Translations under genes and position numbers: made by a program | Part shown: positions 1-11,959 of the stretch, one piece after another | How the letters are laid out: every line of letters starts with the position of its first letter | How positions within the stretch are numbered: the stretch's first letter is position 1 | NCBI RefSeq assembly: GCF_001194135.2 | Contig: NC_068984.1 | Coordinates: forward strand, 94,261,930-94,312,958 | Length of the DNA stretch: 51,029 bases | Direction of reading: 5' to 3' | Source: Octopus bimaculoides | Lineage: Eukaryota | The notes under the pieces: model-generated | What the model saw: the letters and a program-made list of their open reading frames with translations, nothing else | Database searches by the model: none | What the model was told of the DNA's origin: nothing

Positions 1-43
<43 letters not shown>

Positions 44-64
44 CATATGTACAAGTGTTTGTGT

Positions 65-549
65 TTCGGGGATGTTTCTGAACAAGTCGTCCATATTTGC
101 TTCATTTTCTCCATTTCCTGCGTTTGTGCATCCGTAGATTTCTAACACACACACACATGTAATTAAAAAATGTTGAAATGGGGAATTATTCCATTCAATA
201 TCATGTTTTTTATAGAGATTATGTAACAAATTATACTTTACACTTGTATTTTTTAACTACGTGTATATTGCTTATTTTTGCTTCTGGTGTCTTCTGTCTT
301 TCTATTAGAAACGGTTACCTGGGAATTTAAATTGAAAAAAAATCGTATGCAACAGGTAAGTCGTCTTAATAACATATTTCTGCGTACAAGACCTTTAGGT
401 GTTATTTCTAGCATAACGAGTTTTCTGGTGAGGGCTTCATTTGCCTTCACTGCCTGTTTGTTGCTTCAGTAGAAATCTACGGATGCACAAACGCAGAAAA
501 CGGAGAAAATGAAACAAATATGGACGACTTGTTCCGAAATACCCCTAAG
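65..549. repeat. Inverted repeat pair, about 80-bp arms (65-144 and 470-549)
   Basis: ttcggggatgtttctgaacaagtcgtccatatttg...gcatccgtagatttcta is the reverse complement of tagaaatctacggatgcacaaacgcag...gacgacttgttccgaaatacccctaa, with a few mismatches. Confidence 0.9.
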
Positions 550-775
550 TGGGGAACAGTTCTCAAAAATAACCCCCAAAATTCCTATGTCATCCGAATC
601 TACATAGTCCGAGGTATATTTGTAGAGGATTTTAATAAAAAATATCCGTTTTCTTTAAAGTTAAGACGAACTGAATTGGACTCCGGTGAATTTCCCGAAA
701 TTCCCCACCGCACCCCCACGAAAATTTTGTATATTTGGAATCTACACGATATATATATATCTATTTCTCTATCTA

Positions 776-820
<45 letters not shown>

Positions 821-2045
821 GCGCGCGCACTATAAATACGGACAATATATAATGTTATGATACAATAAAAATCACAAGTCTTGTTAAATACAGCTAGCCA
901 GTTTCCTGATATTTATTTCTTCTAAATGTTTCAGCCGAAAGGCTGTGGCCATGCTGGGACACCGTATGTGTGTATGTGTCTATAAATAAACATATACATA
1001 TACATATATATGCATATACACAGCTATTTACCCATACATACACACACTCATACACACTGAATAAACCGCTACATTTGAATTTTATCATTTTATTAGGGTA
1101 TTTAGGCATCCGCTTGTCAGACCCTTGGATTTTCTAAGAAGAAAATTATATTCATTGAACGTCTGCCGGAGATTTCAGTGGATACGGAAAATCGGATGAG
1201 GATTTAGAACAGAGATGTGGTCTGAATGTGTCTTAAAGGAAACTGATTCCCATATATATAACTACACAAGTCTGCACCCACTACCACTTTATTTTCTTAT
1301 ACTATATATATATATAGTTAAAAAACATAAAGGTTAAAGGCGAAGAAAAAGTATAAATTAATTGTACTCTATAGTCTGATCCTAAGTACATTTCAGTATG
1401 TTTTTTCACCAATTTAATCAACAATATATATATATATGCACGCGCGCGCACACATATTAAAAGGAACTTTGAAAATTTTGACTGAAAATACAGAAATGCA
1501 TATTAACATTACTTTAAATTTGATCGGAATTCGATGGATTATAAGATGTTTTCTAGTTAAGTTTGTTTTTGTTTTTTTTAATTAAGCAATCCTACTGTGT
1601 ATGGTGCAGTAGAATCATCGGGTGAGTTTAAATAGCAACAGTGGAAATGGCAAGATTTGCAGTTCAGGATGATAAAAGGGTAAATTGTAAAAATTAAATA
1701 AAGAGATCAATGTACTTTGAAAAGGGCTGTAAAAGAGAACAAAATGGCCTGACAGTATTTAAAAGAAATGCGTGCAGAAGAACTATCAGTAAGATGAGTT
1801 CATCAAGTTAAGTAATTGCTAAACACGGTGCTTGAAAATGATCCTACATGAAAAAAAGATCAACAAAAGACCCAATTTTGTATAACATAGATAATAGTGA
1901 CAGTCATGCCAAATTATTTCTCATAATAAAATTAGAAGCTAAATGGTTAAGAGAATCAAGAGAATTTTTCAACACTATTTGGTTATGTCAACTACTACAA
2001 CACAACACCGCAGGATGAAACGATGAGTAAAATCTAAGGTATGAG

Positions 2046-2092
<47 letters not shown>

Positions 2093-2188
2093 GTATAAAC
2101 AATAACTGAAAAATCGGAAATAGCCGTGGAAAGAAAGTAAAAGAAACAAGAGATATGAAAACCAATAATGTTATCTTCGGAAACTTAC

Positions 2189-2270
2189 TTGCATATGGCG
2201 TGTTCGGTTTTCTTCTTGATCTTCGAAGCGAAGTTTGCCTGCTAAAGGAGTCCGTATCTAACGCAGCCAT
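2189..2270 (-). CDS. Candidate first coding exon of an unidentified host gene running leftward (MAALDTDSFSRQTSLRRSRRKPNTPYA)
   Basis: ATG at 2270 in gatcATGG context, 27 codons + 1 nt, then donor A|GTAAGT at 2188. Candidate upstream acceptor (ct)n-caag at 2421 with a TTAAC branch-like site. CpG-rich context. Protein family not recognised. Confidence 0.55.
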
Positions 2271-2699
2271 GATCAATTTCTTTAATTACACACCTCAAAA
2301 TATTGATGCAAAAGGGGAAAATCCCGAGGTATGGAAAGGATGAGTAGCATGCACGCGCATATACGTAAAAGCGCGTGTGCTTAAGTATGTGTTTCTAGAT
2401 AGAAATGTTTATAACAATAACTTGAGAGAGAGAGAGAGAGACAGAGTTAAAACAGAGAAAGTGAAAGGGACTATTTTACAAGTTAAAATCAATCGCTTCA
2501 CCTATGGTCAGATATAAAAGAGTATATTGTCCATTTTTCCTATATCTATAAATATTTTCCTCAGTTTATATTGCAACCATATAAAACCAAGATAAATGCA
2601 TCTGTACAACACAATTCTATTTTGATTTGTTTAACATCTATCTAAAACTTAATGACAGCGATATATTTGCACACAGCGTGGCCATATCTCTATGCACAC

Positions 2700-3060
2700 A
2701 CCTAATCGCACTCTTAAAATTCATGTTCCTGTATGTATGTGTGTGCAGTACGATTTCGACGTATGTACCAGCTTGTGTCACTTTATGAAGCTAACTCCTT
2801 AAGACAGAAGTTGTCACCCCCGCCATTACTTTTACTCAGAGGAAAGCCGAAGCTGATGAGTGGGCTCTTTTTTTTATTTATTTTCTTTTTTACTCGGTCA
2901 CTCGAATTAACTAGGTCATTCCTCTGTTATCTTCTACTGCAATCATCAATTCACCGCCAGAGAGGGAGAAAGAATCCAGATTTAGCAGCTCACTCACTCT
3001 CTCCCTCAGTGTAACCGAACTGCCTTACAATTGAACAAAACATTTTAGAGTTTAATTATT
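2700..3060 (-). promoter_or_regulatory. CpG-rich putative promoter/5' region of the minus-strand gene, with a CTCF-like motif at 2954-2966
   Basis: CCGCCAGAGGGAG resembles the CTCF core with one mismatch. Lies upstream of the 2270 ATG. Confidence 0.3.
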
Positions 3061-3849
3061 TCTACTTCTTTAAATTGTTTCCTTTTGTAAATTCGAAGAG
3101 TTGATATAATCAGCGTTTCCAAACTATTTCATCAATAAAAATAATAGAGCAATATTTCAGCAATCGTCATTTTCATCTCTCTCTAAATATATTCTATACA
3201 AGAAAAATAAAAAGGGATAGTTCAAACTTTAAAAATCATTTAACTGTTACTATCTTTTTTAATGCATCACATTATGCTGGCTTGATAATCCAGCGTTACC
3301 ATTATGACTTTTTGTATGGCATACATAATGTGATGAATATGTAAACTTTTTACCAAAACTTTTTAACTGTTAATTTAAACAATTCCCTTTTCTTTTATTC
3401 ACTCGCGTTTTCTCTTCACATTTTTCTTCTTTATTTCTGGATTTATAGTGGTAATGTGTGAGATCTTTTATTAAGTTATTTTTTTGGTGTAGTGAGAGAA
3501 TATTTCATTAGGACCCACTACAATGAAATGCTAATACTAATTAATACATGTGGGATACAAACTTTTACGTTTTATTTACATATTAACTTATATTTGTAAA
3601 ATCTTAAATATATGATATTTAAGATTTTTCAAATATAAGTTAATATTTCTATTTTAAAAACGTGTAAGTGTAAATGTGACTACCTACAAACAGCAAAATA
3701 ACAAAATAATTTGCTAAAAGTAGAAAGATTTGTGTATCATAATATACAGCTCGATAACTAGCTAATATAAAATCTACTGCTGGTAATAATTATTAATTTA
3801 GTAGAACAGTGGAGTGTGAAAATGCCTTGGGGGTATTTATGTTCTGAGG

Positions 3850-3960
3850 ATTTTGAGACCCACCAAGGCCAACTTAGCCTTTCGTTCTTCTGGGGGTAAA
3901 TAAATTAGTCCCAGTCAACCTCAACTGACGATGTTGAGTTCTTGTGCCTATGTCAGAAGT
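3850..3960 (+). mobile_element. Degenerate SINE 3' fragment
   Basis: gccaacttagcctttcgttcttctgggggtaaataaattag resembles the SINE body at 29075-29280. Confidence 0.55.
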
Positions 3961-5084
3961 CAACGTTTCAATTATCAATGGAATGTTCCGGTCATGCAAA
4001 ATTCTGTAAAATAAAATGGGTGCGACGTATTGCAACAAGTAGCCGCAACTATCAAAATAGTTCTATCTGCAAAGTGGCACATTTGATTATACAATATCTA
4101 AATTAGCACACAAAGAATGTGTCGCACTGGTGGAAGAGTATTTCTTGGTTAGTGATTAAGTTTAGCTGCCTGTTGTCCCATAACGAACCAATTAAGAAGA
4201 ATGTTGAGATAACATTTTATTTAATCGAATTAAAATAATTACATCACCTGAACCCATATGCTCGGGAACGGTCTGTGCGCTTACAACCTAGTAAAATTTT
4301 GTGGGGCAATGAAAACACTGAACATCTTGGGTTGGACCTGGGTTTGGGGATCTTTTCTGTTGCTGTCACAGTTTTCTATTTTTTTTTTTAATTTTGTTCC
4401 AACTGTTTTCAAATTTGGTGTACTGATTTAGTTTTGTATGCTAATTTTGAAAACGAAATTTATTTTTGCCATAAACTAATAAAAAGCCTGTAAAGTTTGC
4501 AAATTTAGGATATTTTAGCCAATTGAAAGCTAGACACATTTGTGCTTATTTCCATAGTAACAAACAAAGTTGTAGTCTGCTTAAACCATCACTACGTGTA
4601 TTTTCTTTACCTGTGTATCTTCTTTGACGAGTGCCTATTTTCTGGACCTTTGTACCTCATCTTCGTCATTTCCACTTTTTTTTTTCGGTGGGGGAGCGAA
4701 TATTTTCGATTGCTGTCCTGTCACAACCTCATGTAAAAGTTTGATAGTTGTCATAGAGACTTTAGTCTCTCTCTATCACCTTTCAACATAAATATATATT
4801 AAGGAACAGTAGAACAATTCAACAACATAATAAAAATAAGTTTTATTTTTTATGATGTTTGGTTATATAAATCCTGTGTCACTCAGCTTAGCAGCCGCTG
4901 ATTAAGTTGTAATTTGGTATTGGAAGGTTAAGGGCTTCCTTGATGTCTGCCAGAGAAGCAAGTAGCTATCAAAGGCATCGAAGTGAAAAGTGCTTCGTTG
5001 AGGAGTTGTCACGTAGAAGGTCTGTCGCTCAACTCCCTAAGAAAGTGAAACTCACTCCTTAAGTAGTGGTTTTACTACGCATGT

Positions 5085-5175
5085 GCACTCGAGGTGCTTC
5101 CAGCGGTGAAGTTCCTTGCGCATGCGCAGAACAGTACTTCCTCAAATGGCGGCTATAATTTCGCGCCACTACACT
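5085..5175 (+). promoter_or_regulatory. Promoter-motif cluster (NRF1-like TGCGCATGCGCA; YY1-like CAAATGGCGGC), possibly transposon-borne
   Basis: Both motifs read directly in a GC/CpG-rich patch. Confidence 0.4.
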
Positions 5176-5229
5176 CATTTTCATAGTTTTGAATTGTGCT
5201 TTCCTGGACCTTTTCAACCTAAATACAAG

Positions 5230-5345
5230 TATGACCGCTGCCAACACGAATATGATAGAGAAAATAAAAACCGAAGGAGGATGTCATTGCTTACTTTCAA
5301 GAGAAGGGTGTCATCCCCTAAAAGAAAATTCTGTAAAGACGGATC
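5230..5345 (+). pseudogene. Possible N-terminal remnant of a Merlin/ISXO2-like transposase
   Basis: Removing one G and one C from homopolymer runs gives MIEKIKTEEDVIAYFQEKGVIPKRKFCKDG, resembling Merlin-type N-termini. No DDE domain follows. Confidence 0.35.
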
Positions 5346-5542
5346 TTTCTGATTTGGCGGACACCATTTTTTATTTAGTTTTTTAGTGTTTTTTACCGAA
5401 ACACTTTAAAACTTCGTATACTTGTATATTTTGTCTTATAGAACAGAGAAAAATTTTATATTCGAAGTTATTTCATGTTAAAAGTTGTCGTATTTCGGTA
5501 ATTTCAACCAATCACTGACGTCTATTGAGGTGAAAACAATTA

Positions 5543-5947
5543 CTGCTGTGGATTGTCAACAAGACGTTGTGGCGGTGTAATGGGATCTTTTCCCTTGAAT
5601 AAAATTAGTGCCGTTGTTTTTCAACAACTATCGGCGGTACTGTTATTTATGACATCGTGCGTTTGTACTGGTTTTAGTTTTAGGGTTTGGGTTTTAGGGT
5701 TAGGGTTATGAGTATTTTTGCAAAATTTGGTGAAAATCTGTTCAATACATCGCTACAAATTTTTCACCAAATTTGGCAAAAATACTCATAACCCTAACCC
5801 TAAAGCTAAAACTAGTACAAACGCACGAACGATGTCATAAATAACAGTACTGCCAATAGTTGTTGTTGACAAACAACGGCACTAATTTTATTCAAGGGAA
5901 AAGATCCCATTACACCGCCACAACGTCTTGTTGACAATCCACAGCAG
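5543..5947. mobile_element. Foldback/MITE-like palindrome (about 195-bp arms) carrying TTAGGG-type repeats
   Basis: ctgctgtggattgtcaacaag... pairs with ...cttgttgacaatccacagcag. Short central spacer near 5740-5760. TTA on both flanks (5540-5542, 5948-5950). Confidence 0.85.
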
Positions 5948-5994
5948 TTAATAGCAACAGAATTAGTTTTTTAAGTGATAATGCAAAACACAAA

Positions 5995-6360
5995 AACACT
6001 ATATATCAATGCAAGGTCAGCACCCCTACTAATGTGTCTTTTTACATTGGATCGTCCTCTTCGCCAATATCCAGAAGAATATCTAACCATTATTCTTCTT
6101 TTAGGGATAGAAATAAACGTAATACCACGAGTCTTAGCAAATTAATTTGGGGACTTAAAGACAACAACATAAAATTTAACTTAGACTGGCTAATTCTCTC
6201 CACACCTATACCATACGATAAAGGTAGGAAATTTTGCCCATTATACAATACGGAACTGTTTTTCATTTTATTCTTGAAGAATAAACTGGTGAACACGTTC
6301 ATCGAAAATGCGTACAGATGTAAACATTGGCAACCCCATGCATTTTTTTCATACAATTAA
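5995..6360 (+). mobile_element. Penelope-like element, GIY-YIG endonuclease fragment
   Basis: Frame reads TIYQCKVSTPTNVSFYIGSS...RISNHYSSF...TSLSKLIWGLK...WLIL...PY...FCPLYNTE...CKH, the GIY-YIG plus CCHH pattern of Penelope endonucleases. Confidence 0.8.
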
Positions 6361-7542
6361 CCCTTTATATGTATAAAGGTATGGTTGGCTTGTCTCACTT
6401 GGTATATGTTATCTGAACACTCTCCATCTTTTGAACCCAAATTAGGACACCCAGAACGTCTATAAACATGAACTGAAATATTACTTTCAGTTTAACTTAA
6501 CATAAACATTACTTCCAACTATGTTAAATACGTTGTGCGCCAATAACCTAATTCCGTTGATTTCACTGCTCTTTCGTACCTCCATCTCCTTCACTTGCTG
6601 CTTTCACTTTCTTCAGCAAAGATAGGAGTTATTTATCCTGTTTAGGTTATATTAGTGGCATTATTCTGCATCTAAGAATTTTAATTGTCTTCTGTAACTT
6701 TCTTAGACATATCTAAGATTCTGAAAGCAATCTTAGTTCATTTGTTTACGTTTATCGTAAGACAAATTCAAAACATATAAATATTTTCTAGTCCCTGCTT
6801 CATGATGTATAAAATACTGCACCACATAAAATTTTATTTTATTTTACCTATTGGAAAACCCTTGCACCAACAAATATAGAGCGTGATTATCGAAGTAAAC
6901 TTTGGTAATAATATTAACTTAGTTTATACAAGTAATTTTTACTCCTTTAACCCCCTTTTTCTTTTGCCCCCTCTAATTTCCATCTCACTTAACAACACAA
7001 TCTCTCTCTTGAGATTAATAGACCATTCATCACCTTTATAAATTGTCAATCACTTAATATCTTACTAGTTAATATAAGCATCATTTTCCTATACATATAG
7101 CACTGCCTTAATATTCATCACCACACGACTACCGTGTGTATATGCGTACAAATGTATGTATATGCATGTATGTGTGTATGTGCGTGTAGATATGTNNNNN
7201 NNNNNNNNNNNNNNNNNNNNNNNNNNNNNNNNNNNNNNNNNNNNNNNNNNNNNNNNNNNNNNNNNNNNNNNNNNNNNNNNNNNNNNNNNNNNNNNNNNNN
7301 NNNNNNNNNNNNNNNNNNNNNNNNNNNNNNNNNNNNNNNNNNNNNNNNNNNNNNNNNNNNNNNNNNNNNNNNNNNNNNNNNNNNNNNNNNNNNNNNNNNN
7401 NNNNNNNNNNNNNNNNNNNNNNNNNNNNNNNNNNNNNNNNNNNNNNNNNNNNNNNNNNNNNNNNNNNNNNNNNNNNNNNNNNNNNNNNNNNNNNNNNNNN
7501 NNNNNNNNNNNNNNNNNNNNNNATTCTTTCTCCATTTCTAAC

Positions 7543-7588
7543 AAAACTGTCCGATGAACGGGAACGTGAAACTCAGAGCAACGGTTTT
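7543..7588 (+). ncRNA. Degenerate minimal type I hammerhead ribozyme
   Basis: Stem I aaaactgt/acggtttt; core CCGAUGA (U4C); stem II acg-ggaa-cgt; GAAA; stem III ctcagag; position 16.1 is C rather than U. Confidence 0.55.
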
Positions 7589-7951
7589 TTTTGTTATATT
7601 TCTGCTGCTTTTAAATAAAGTATATATATATATATATATATATATATACTTGTAGGCATTTATGTCAACACAGCATGTATAAATACAAAATTAATTCCCC
7701 TTTACGGTCCCATTATACATAAAACACTCTTCTTCCATTGTTATCAGGTTTTAAATCATTTTATTGAGTTCCCATTCTAAATTCTAAATTTCTTCTTTTA
7801 CTTCTTTTCTTCCCTCCTTGTCCAACGTACTGTCTCGCCTCGCAGCGTTGCAACCTCCAACGGTTTTTTTCAAATACGATACATAGCAAACTTCACTACC
7901 CACAGTTATCACATTCGGTTAAAATGTCTTACGGTTAAGTTGGATCTTATG

Positions 7952-8043
7952 TATTTCCCTGAAGAGAAGATTAGATCTTTAACAACATCACTTATTCCTT
8001 TGGAAGGAACCATTTGTAATTTTCGAAACATATGTTGGAAATA
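7952..8043 (+). ncRNA. Type I hammerhead ribozyme with intact catalytic core
   Basis: Stem I tatttcc/ggaaata; CUGAAGA 7959-7965; stem II gaagatta/taattttc; GAAA 8025-8028; palindromic stem III acatatgt; GUU cleavage triplet 8034-8036. Confidence 0.8.
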
Positions 8044-8254
8044 AAAGAATTCATTTAACATATGCGTATTACTCCATTTATTAAATTTTTATATTTACTC
8101 AAATACCCAAAATAACAAGGAGTTTCTACCTCATAAACAGGAGTTTCACCACAGTCATTTTGTGATCTTTGCTACCCTGGTATCTATTAACCAATTTATT
8201 TTGTCGGAGTTAATTATTAACTAAGAGAAAATAAATACATATATATATATATAT

Positions 8255-8304
<50 letters not shown>

Positions 8305-8989
8305 GTATATGTATTTGCTTGTATATGATTTAATTTTGGGGAAACTTTATTTCAATAAAGTGTCTTTTATATATATATAGTACTCAGTATTTAGGCTACA
8401 ATAGTTAAAAGTTAAATGTTCAATTATTTTTTATAATGGTTTGGTTGAGGTCTTTGTATTTATGTGTATGTATTTTTATTTTGTGGGGAATTGTGTAAAT
8501 ACACACATGTGTGCATGTGTATGTGGGAGAAAGATGGTAGAGGTGAGATCATATTTTTGTCTCTTGTTCAAAATCTCTTTGCAATGGCATCCATTCAGGT
8601 TTTGGACAAGCACAAACACACAGTCACACACACACACACACACACATACATGGGGCTGTAGTAGGAGACACACTGGTGCTAAATCCTGAAACATATAGCT
8701 AAGGAATAAAGTTCCTGCCACACAGACAGGACTGTGTCTTACAACAGTGCTTATAGAAAAGAAAATCAGTAAGTATATAACCAGCTTCCGAAAAATGCTA
8801 ATTAATAATTATTATTAATTGTATTTTATGTATATATCTTTTAGTGTAACAACATACAACAAATAAAAGTTTCTTTGGTATCTTCTTAAATTTCTTACTG
8901 ATTTTTGTTAGATTATTTTTAAAAGGTTTAGTAGTTTAGATGTAGTTTAAATTTATAGTTTAGCAACACCCAACTCGAATTCGGTGAGA

Positions 8990-9200
8990 AATAATGTTTT
9001 CCCTTGTTTTTCTTTTTGCTTGTGCTATCAACTAATCTCATCTCCTAATATACCAAAATCGGAGTGGGATGAGCTCTCAGAATCCTCCTCTCATCTCAGA
9101 GTTATATTTTTTCCTTGTTTTTTTTTTTTTCTTTTCTCTGTGCTATCAATCTCGACTCCTAGTATACTGCAAAGGACCTTTTCCCCTTTGTGGTGTACTA
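8990..9200. repeat. Short interspersed repeat, partly duplicated in tandem; inverted copy at about 13950-14060
   Basis: ccttgttt...gtgctatcaa(ctaa)tct..ctccta.tatac occurs twice here and as reverse complement near 13960-14050. Confidence 0.6.
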
Positions 9201-9429
9201 GGAGATCAGAATAGTAGCTGTTTTCTATGTGTAATAACTGCTATTTCTAGGATACTAAACAACCACGTTAAGGACTGACTACCTTTGAGTTTATTTAAAA
9301 GAGAGAGAAAAATGATTTACACAACAAATTCCGATATAATTGTAATTTACACCATCATATGTGTAGAAAATTATTAACAAATTATCTATGTTTCAGAATG
9401 TTACCACACACACACACACATATATATAT

Positions 9430-11272
9430 ATAAAATACAAAAATGGGACAAGAACGCAAAACATCCAGACAGTTACTTGATACAAAAAAAGGGGACAACA
9501 AAACATCCAGACAGATGATACAAAGAAAACAAGGACGGGTCATTTGGAGTTTTCTATCCTCAGTTGAGTTCCAGGGACATAAGATTTGACTGGCACAGGG
9601 AGGAATATAGATGTTGCACAGATGGTAGTCGAACCAAGAGAGAAAGGTCAGGCTTGGCCAAACACCGGTCACGTGGGGAGAGTGAAGAGAGGTAAGAGGC
9701 AGAAGGATAGAAGAATTAAGGAGAGGCAAGAAAAAATGAAAGGGACACAGTGAAGTGAAAAAGGAGGGAAAGTGAGCATTAAGAGAAGGCCGGGAAATGC
9801 GAGAGAAGGGGAACGAAAGAACAAAGAGTGGAATGAATGAAGTAGTGTCAAAGNNNNNNNNNNNNNNNNNNNNNNNNNNNNNNNNNNNNNNNNNNNNNNN
9901 NNNNNNNNNNNNNNNNNNNNNNNNNNNNNNNNNNNNNNNNNNNNNNNNNNNNNNNNNNNNNNNNNNNNNNNNNNNNNNNNNNNNNNNNNNNNNNNNNNNN
10001 NNNNNNNNNNNNNNNNNNNNNNNNNNNNNNNNNNNNNNNNNNNNNNNNNNNNNNNNNNNNNNNNNNNNNNNNNNNNNNNNNNNNNNNNNNNNNNNNNNNN
10101 NNNNNNNNNNNNNNNNNNNNNNNNNNNNNNNNNNNNNNNNNNNNNNNNNNNNNNNNNNNNNNNNNNNNNNNNNNNNNNNNNNNNNNNNNNNNNNNNNNNN
10201 NNNNNNNNNNNNNNNNNNNNNNNNNNNNNNNNNNNNNNNNNNNNNNNNNNNNNNNNNNNNNNNNNNNNNNNNNNNNNNNNNNNNNNNNNNNNNNNNNNNN
10301 NNNNNNNNNNNNNNNNNNNNNNNNNNNNNNNNNNNNNNNNNNNNNNNNNNNNNNNNNNNNNNNNNNNNNNNNNNNNNNNNNNNNNNNNNNNNNNNNNNNN
10401 NNNNNNNNNNNNNNNNNNNNNNNNNNNNNNNNNNNNNNNNNNNNNNNNNNNNNNNNNNNNNNNNNNNNNNNNNNNNNNNNNNNNNNNNNNNNNNNNNNNN
10501 NNNNNNNNNNNNNNNNNNNNNNNNNNNNNNNNNNNNNNNNNNNNNNNNNATATATATATATATATATATATATATATACTTACATATAAGAGACCAAAGT
10601 GTACATACGCTGCTATATTTTTATATATAAAAAATACAAAAATTGGACAAGAATGCAAAACATCCAGACAGTTAGGTGATACAAAAAAGGGACAACAAAA
10701 CATCCAGACAGACGATACAAAGAAAACAAGGACGGGTCATTCGGGTTTTCTATCCTCAGTCGAGTTCCAGATTATCTTTGCAATTTCAGCTGGTTATACT
10801 TGAGATTGCTCCAATCTAGCCAGCCCCAAAGAAAAACTAAGCTAAGAGCATTAGATTCCTTGGAAGAAAGCAGTGAATGTATATGAAAACAAGGATGGAA
10901 AAAAACAGAGAAATGTTACACAAATACAAATGCAAATAAAAGAACATAACAACAGGTGTCTTTCAACTAAGGACGGATTAAATTAAGCTGGCATGTGTGG
11001 AAGTAAAGCCTGGACAAGAACACATCATCCAGACAGATGATACAAAAGAGGGACATTGAAAAAACACGGACGGGTCATTCGAAGTTTTCTTTCCACAGTC
11101 GAGTTCCAGATTATCTTTGCAGTTTCAGCTGGTTATACTTGAGATTGCAAAGATAATCTGGAACTTGACTGAGGAAAGAAAACTTTAAATGACCCGTCTG
11201 TGTTTTTTCTTGTCCCTTTTTGTATCATATAGCTGTCTGGATGTTTTGCGTTCTTGTCCCATTTTTTGTATT
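9430..11272. repeat. Cluster of copies of one repeat family (9430-9580, 10630-10810, 11010-11140) ending in a local inversion
   Basis: Recurring catccagacag...gacgggtcatt...cagtcgagttccag units; spans an assembly gap. Confidence 0.8.
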
Positions 11273-11370
11273 CCTTTTTATATACATTTGGCGGTGTATG
11301 TACACTTTGGTCTCTTATATATATGTATATGTATCTTTACACACATATAAATATATACATAATATGTGTA

Positions 11371-11426
<56 letters not shown>

Positions 11427-11431
11427 CGCAT

Positions 11432-11730
11432 ATCATCATCATCATCATAACATCCGTTTTCCATGTTGGCATGGGTTGGACAGTTTGACAGGGCCAACAA
11501 ACCAGGTGTTAAGTCTGGTTTGTCATGGTTTTGTGGCTGGATGCCCTTCCCAATGCCAACACTTTACAGCGTGGACTGAGTGTTTTTCGTGGCATTGCAT
11601 GGGAGCATGGTTTTAACAGGTGGATGTCCTTCCTAACACCACCACTTTATAGTGTGGACTGGATGCTTTTATGTGAACTGAACTCTTTGGATCAAGTCCA
11701 ACGTGACAAAATACCTGTTACACTTTTGGG
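11432..11730 (-). mobile_element. RTE LINE 3'-end fragment
   Basis: (cat)n tail followed by ttccatgttggcatgggttggac and ggctggatgcccttcc, as at 18781. Confidence 0.7.
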
Positions 11731-11927
11731 ATGATGATGTGATGATGATGATGATGAGTGAGAATTTACAAAAACACAAAAGAAGAAGACAGGTGTGCAA
11801 ACAACCAACAGATGTATTAGTTTAACGCTAGAGAAGTGAGAAAGTCTTTTATGTTTCGAGCCTACACTCTTCAACAAAAAGGGATACAGAAATAAACAGG
11901 GAGAGAAAATAGAAACAGGTATAGTGG

Positions 11928-11959
<32 letters not shown>

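Larger units (their letters stand above)
7523..8230 (+). mobile_element. Penelope-like pseudo-LTR/3' sequence
   Basis: Contains two hammerhead-type motifs, typical of Penelope pseudo-LTRs. Confidence 0.5.

Noticed and set aside
4940-5060. KQVAIKGIEVKSA resembling the histone H3 tail, with an upstream TATA-like box
   Set aside because: The similarity is short, gapped and not continued.
11160-11200. ctgaggaaagaaaactt(c/t)gaat in the 9430-11270 repeat as a hammerhead
   Set aside because: No stem I partner, no UH site, and the GAAA register does not fit.
11845-11880. Minus-strand ttgaaga..gctcgaaac hammerhead-like motif
   Set aside because: C3 is lost and stems II and III are broken; at most a decayed relic.
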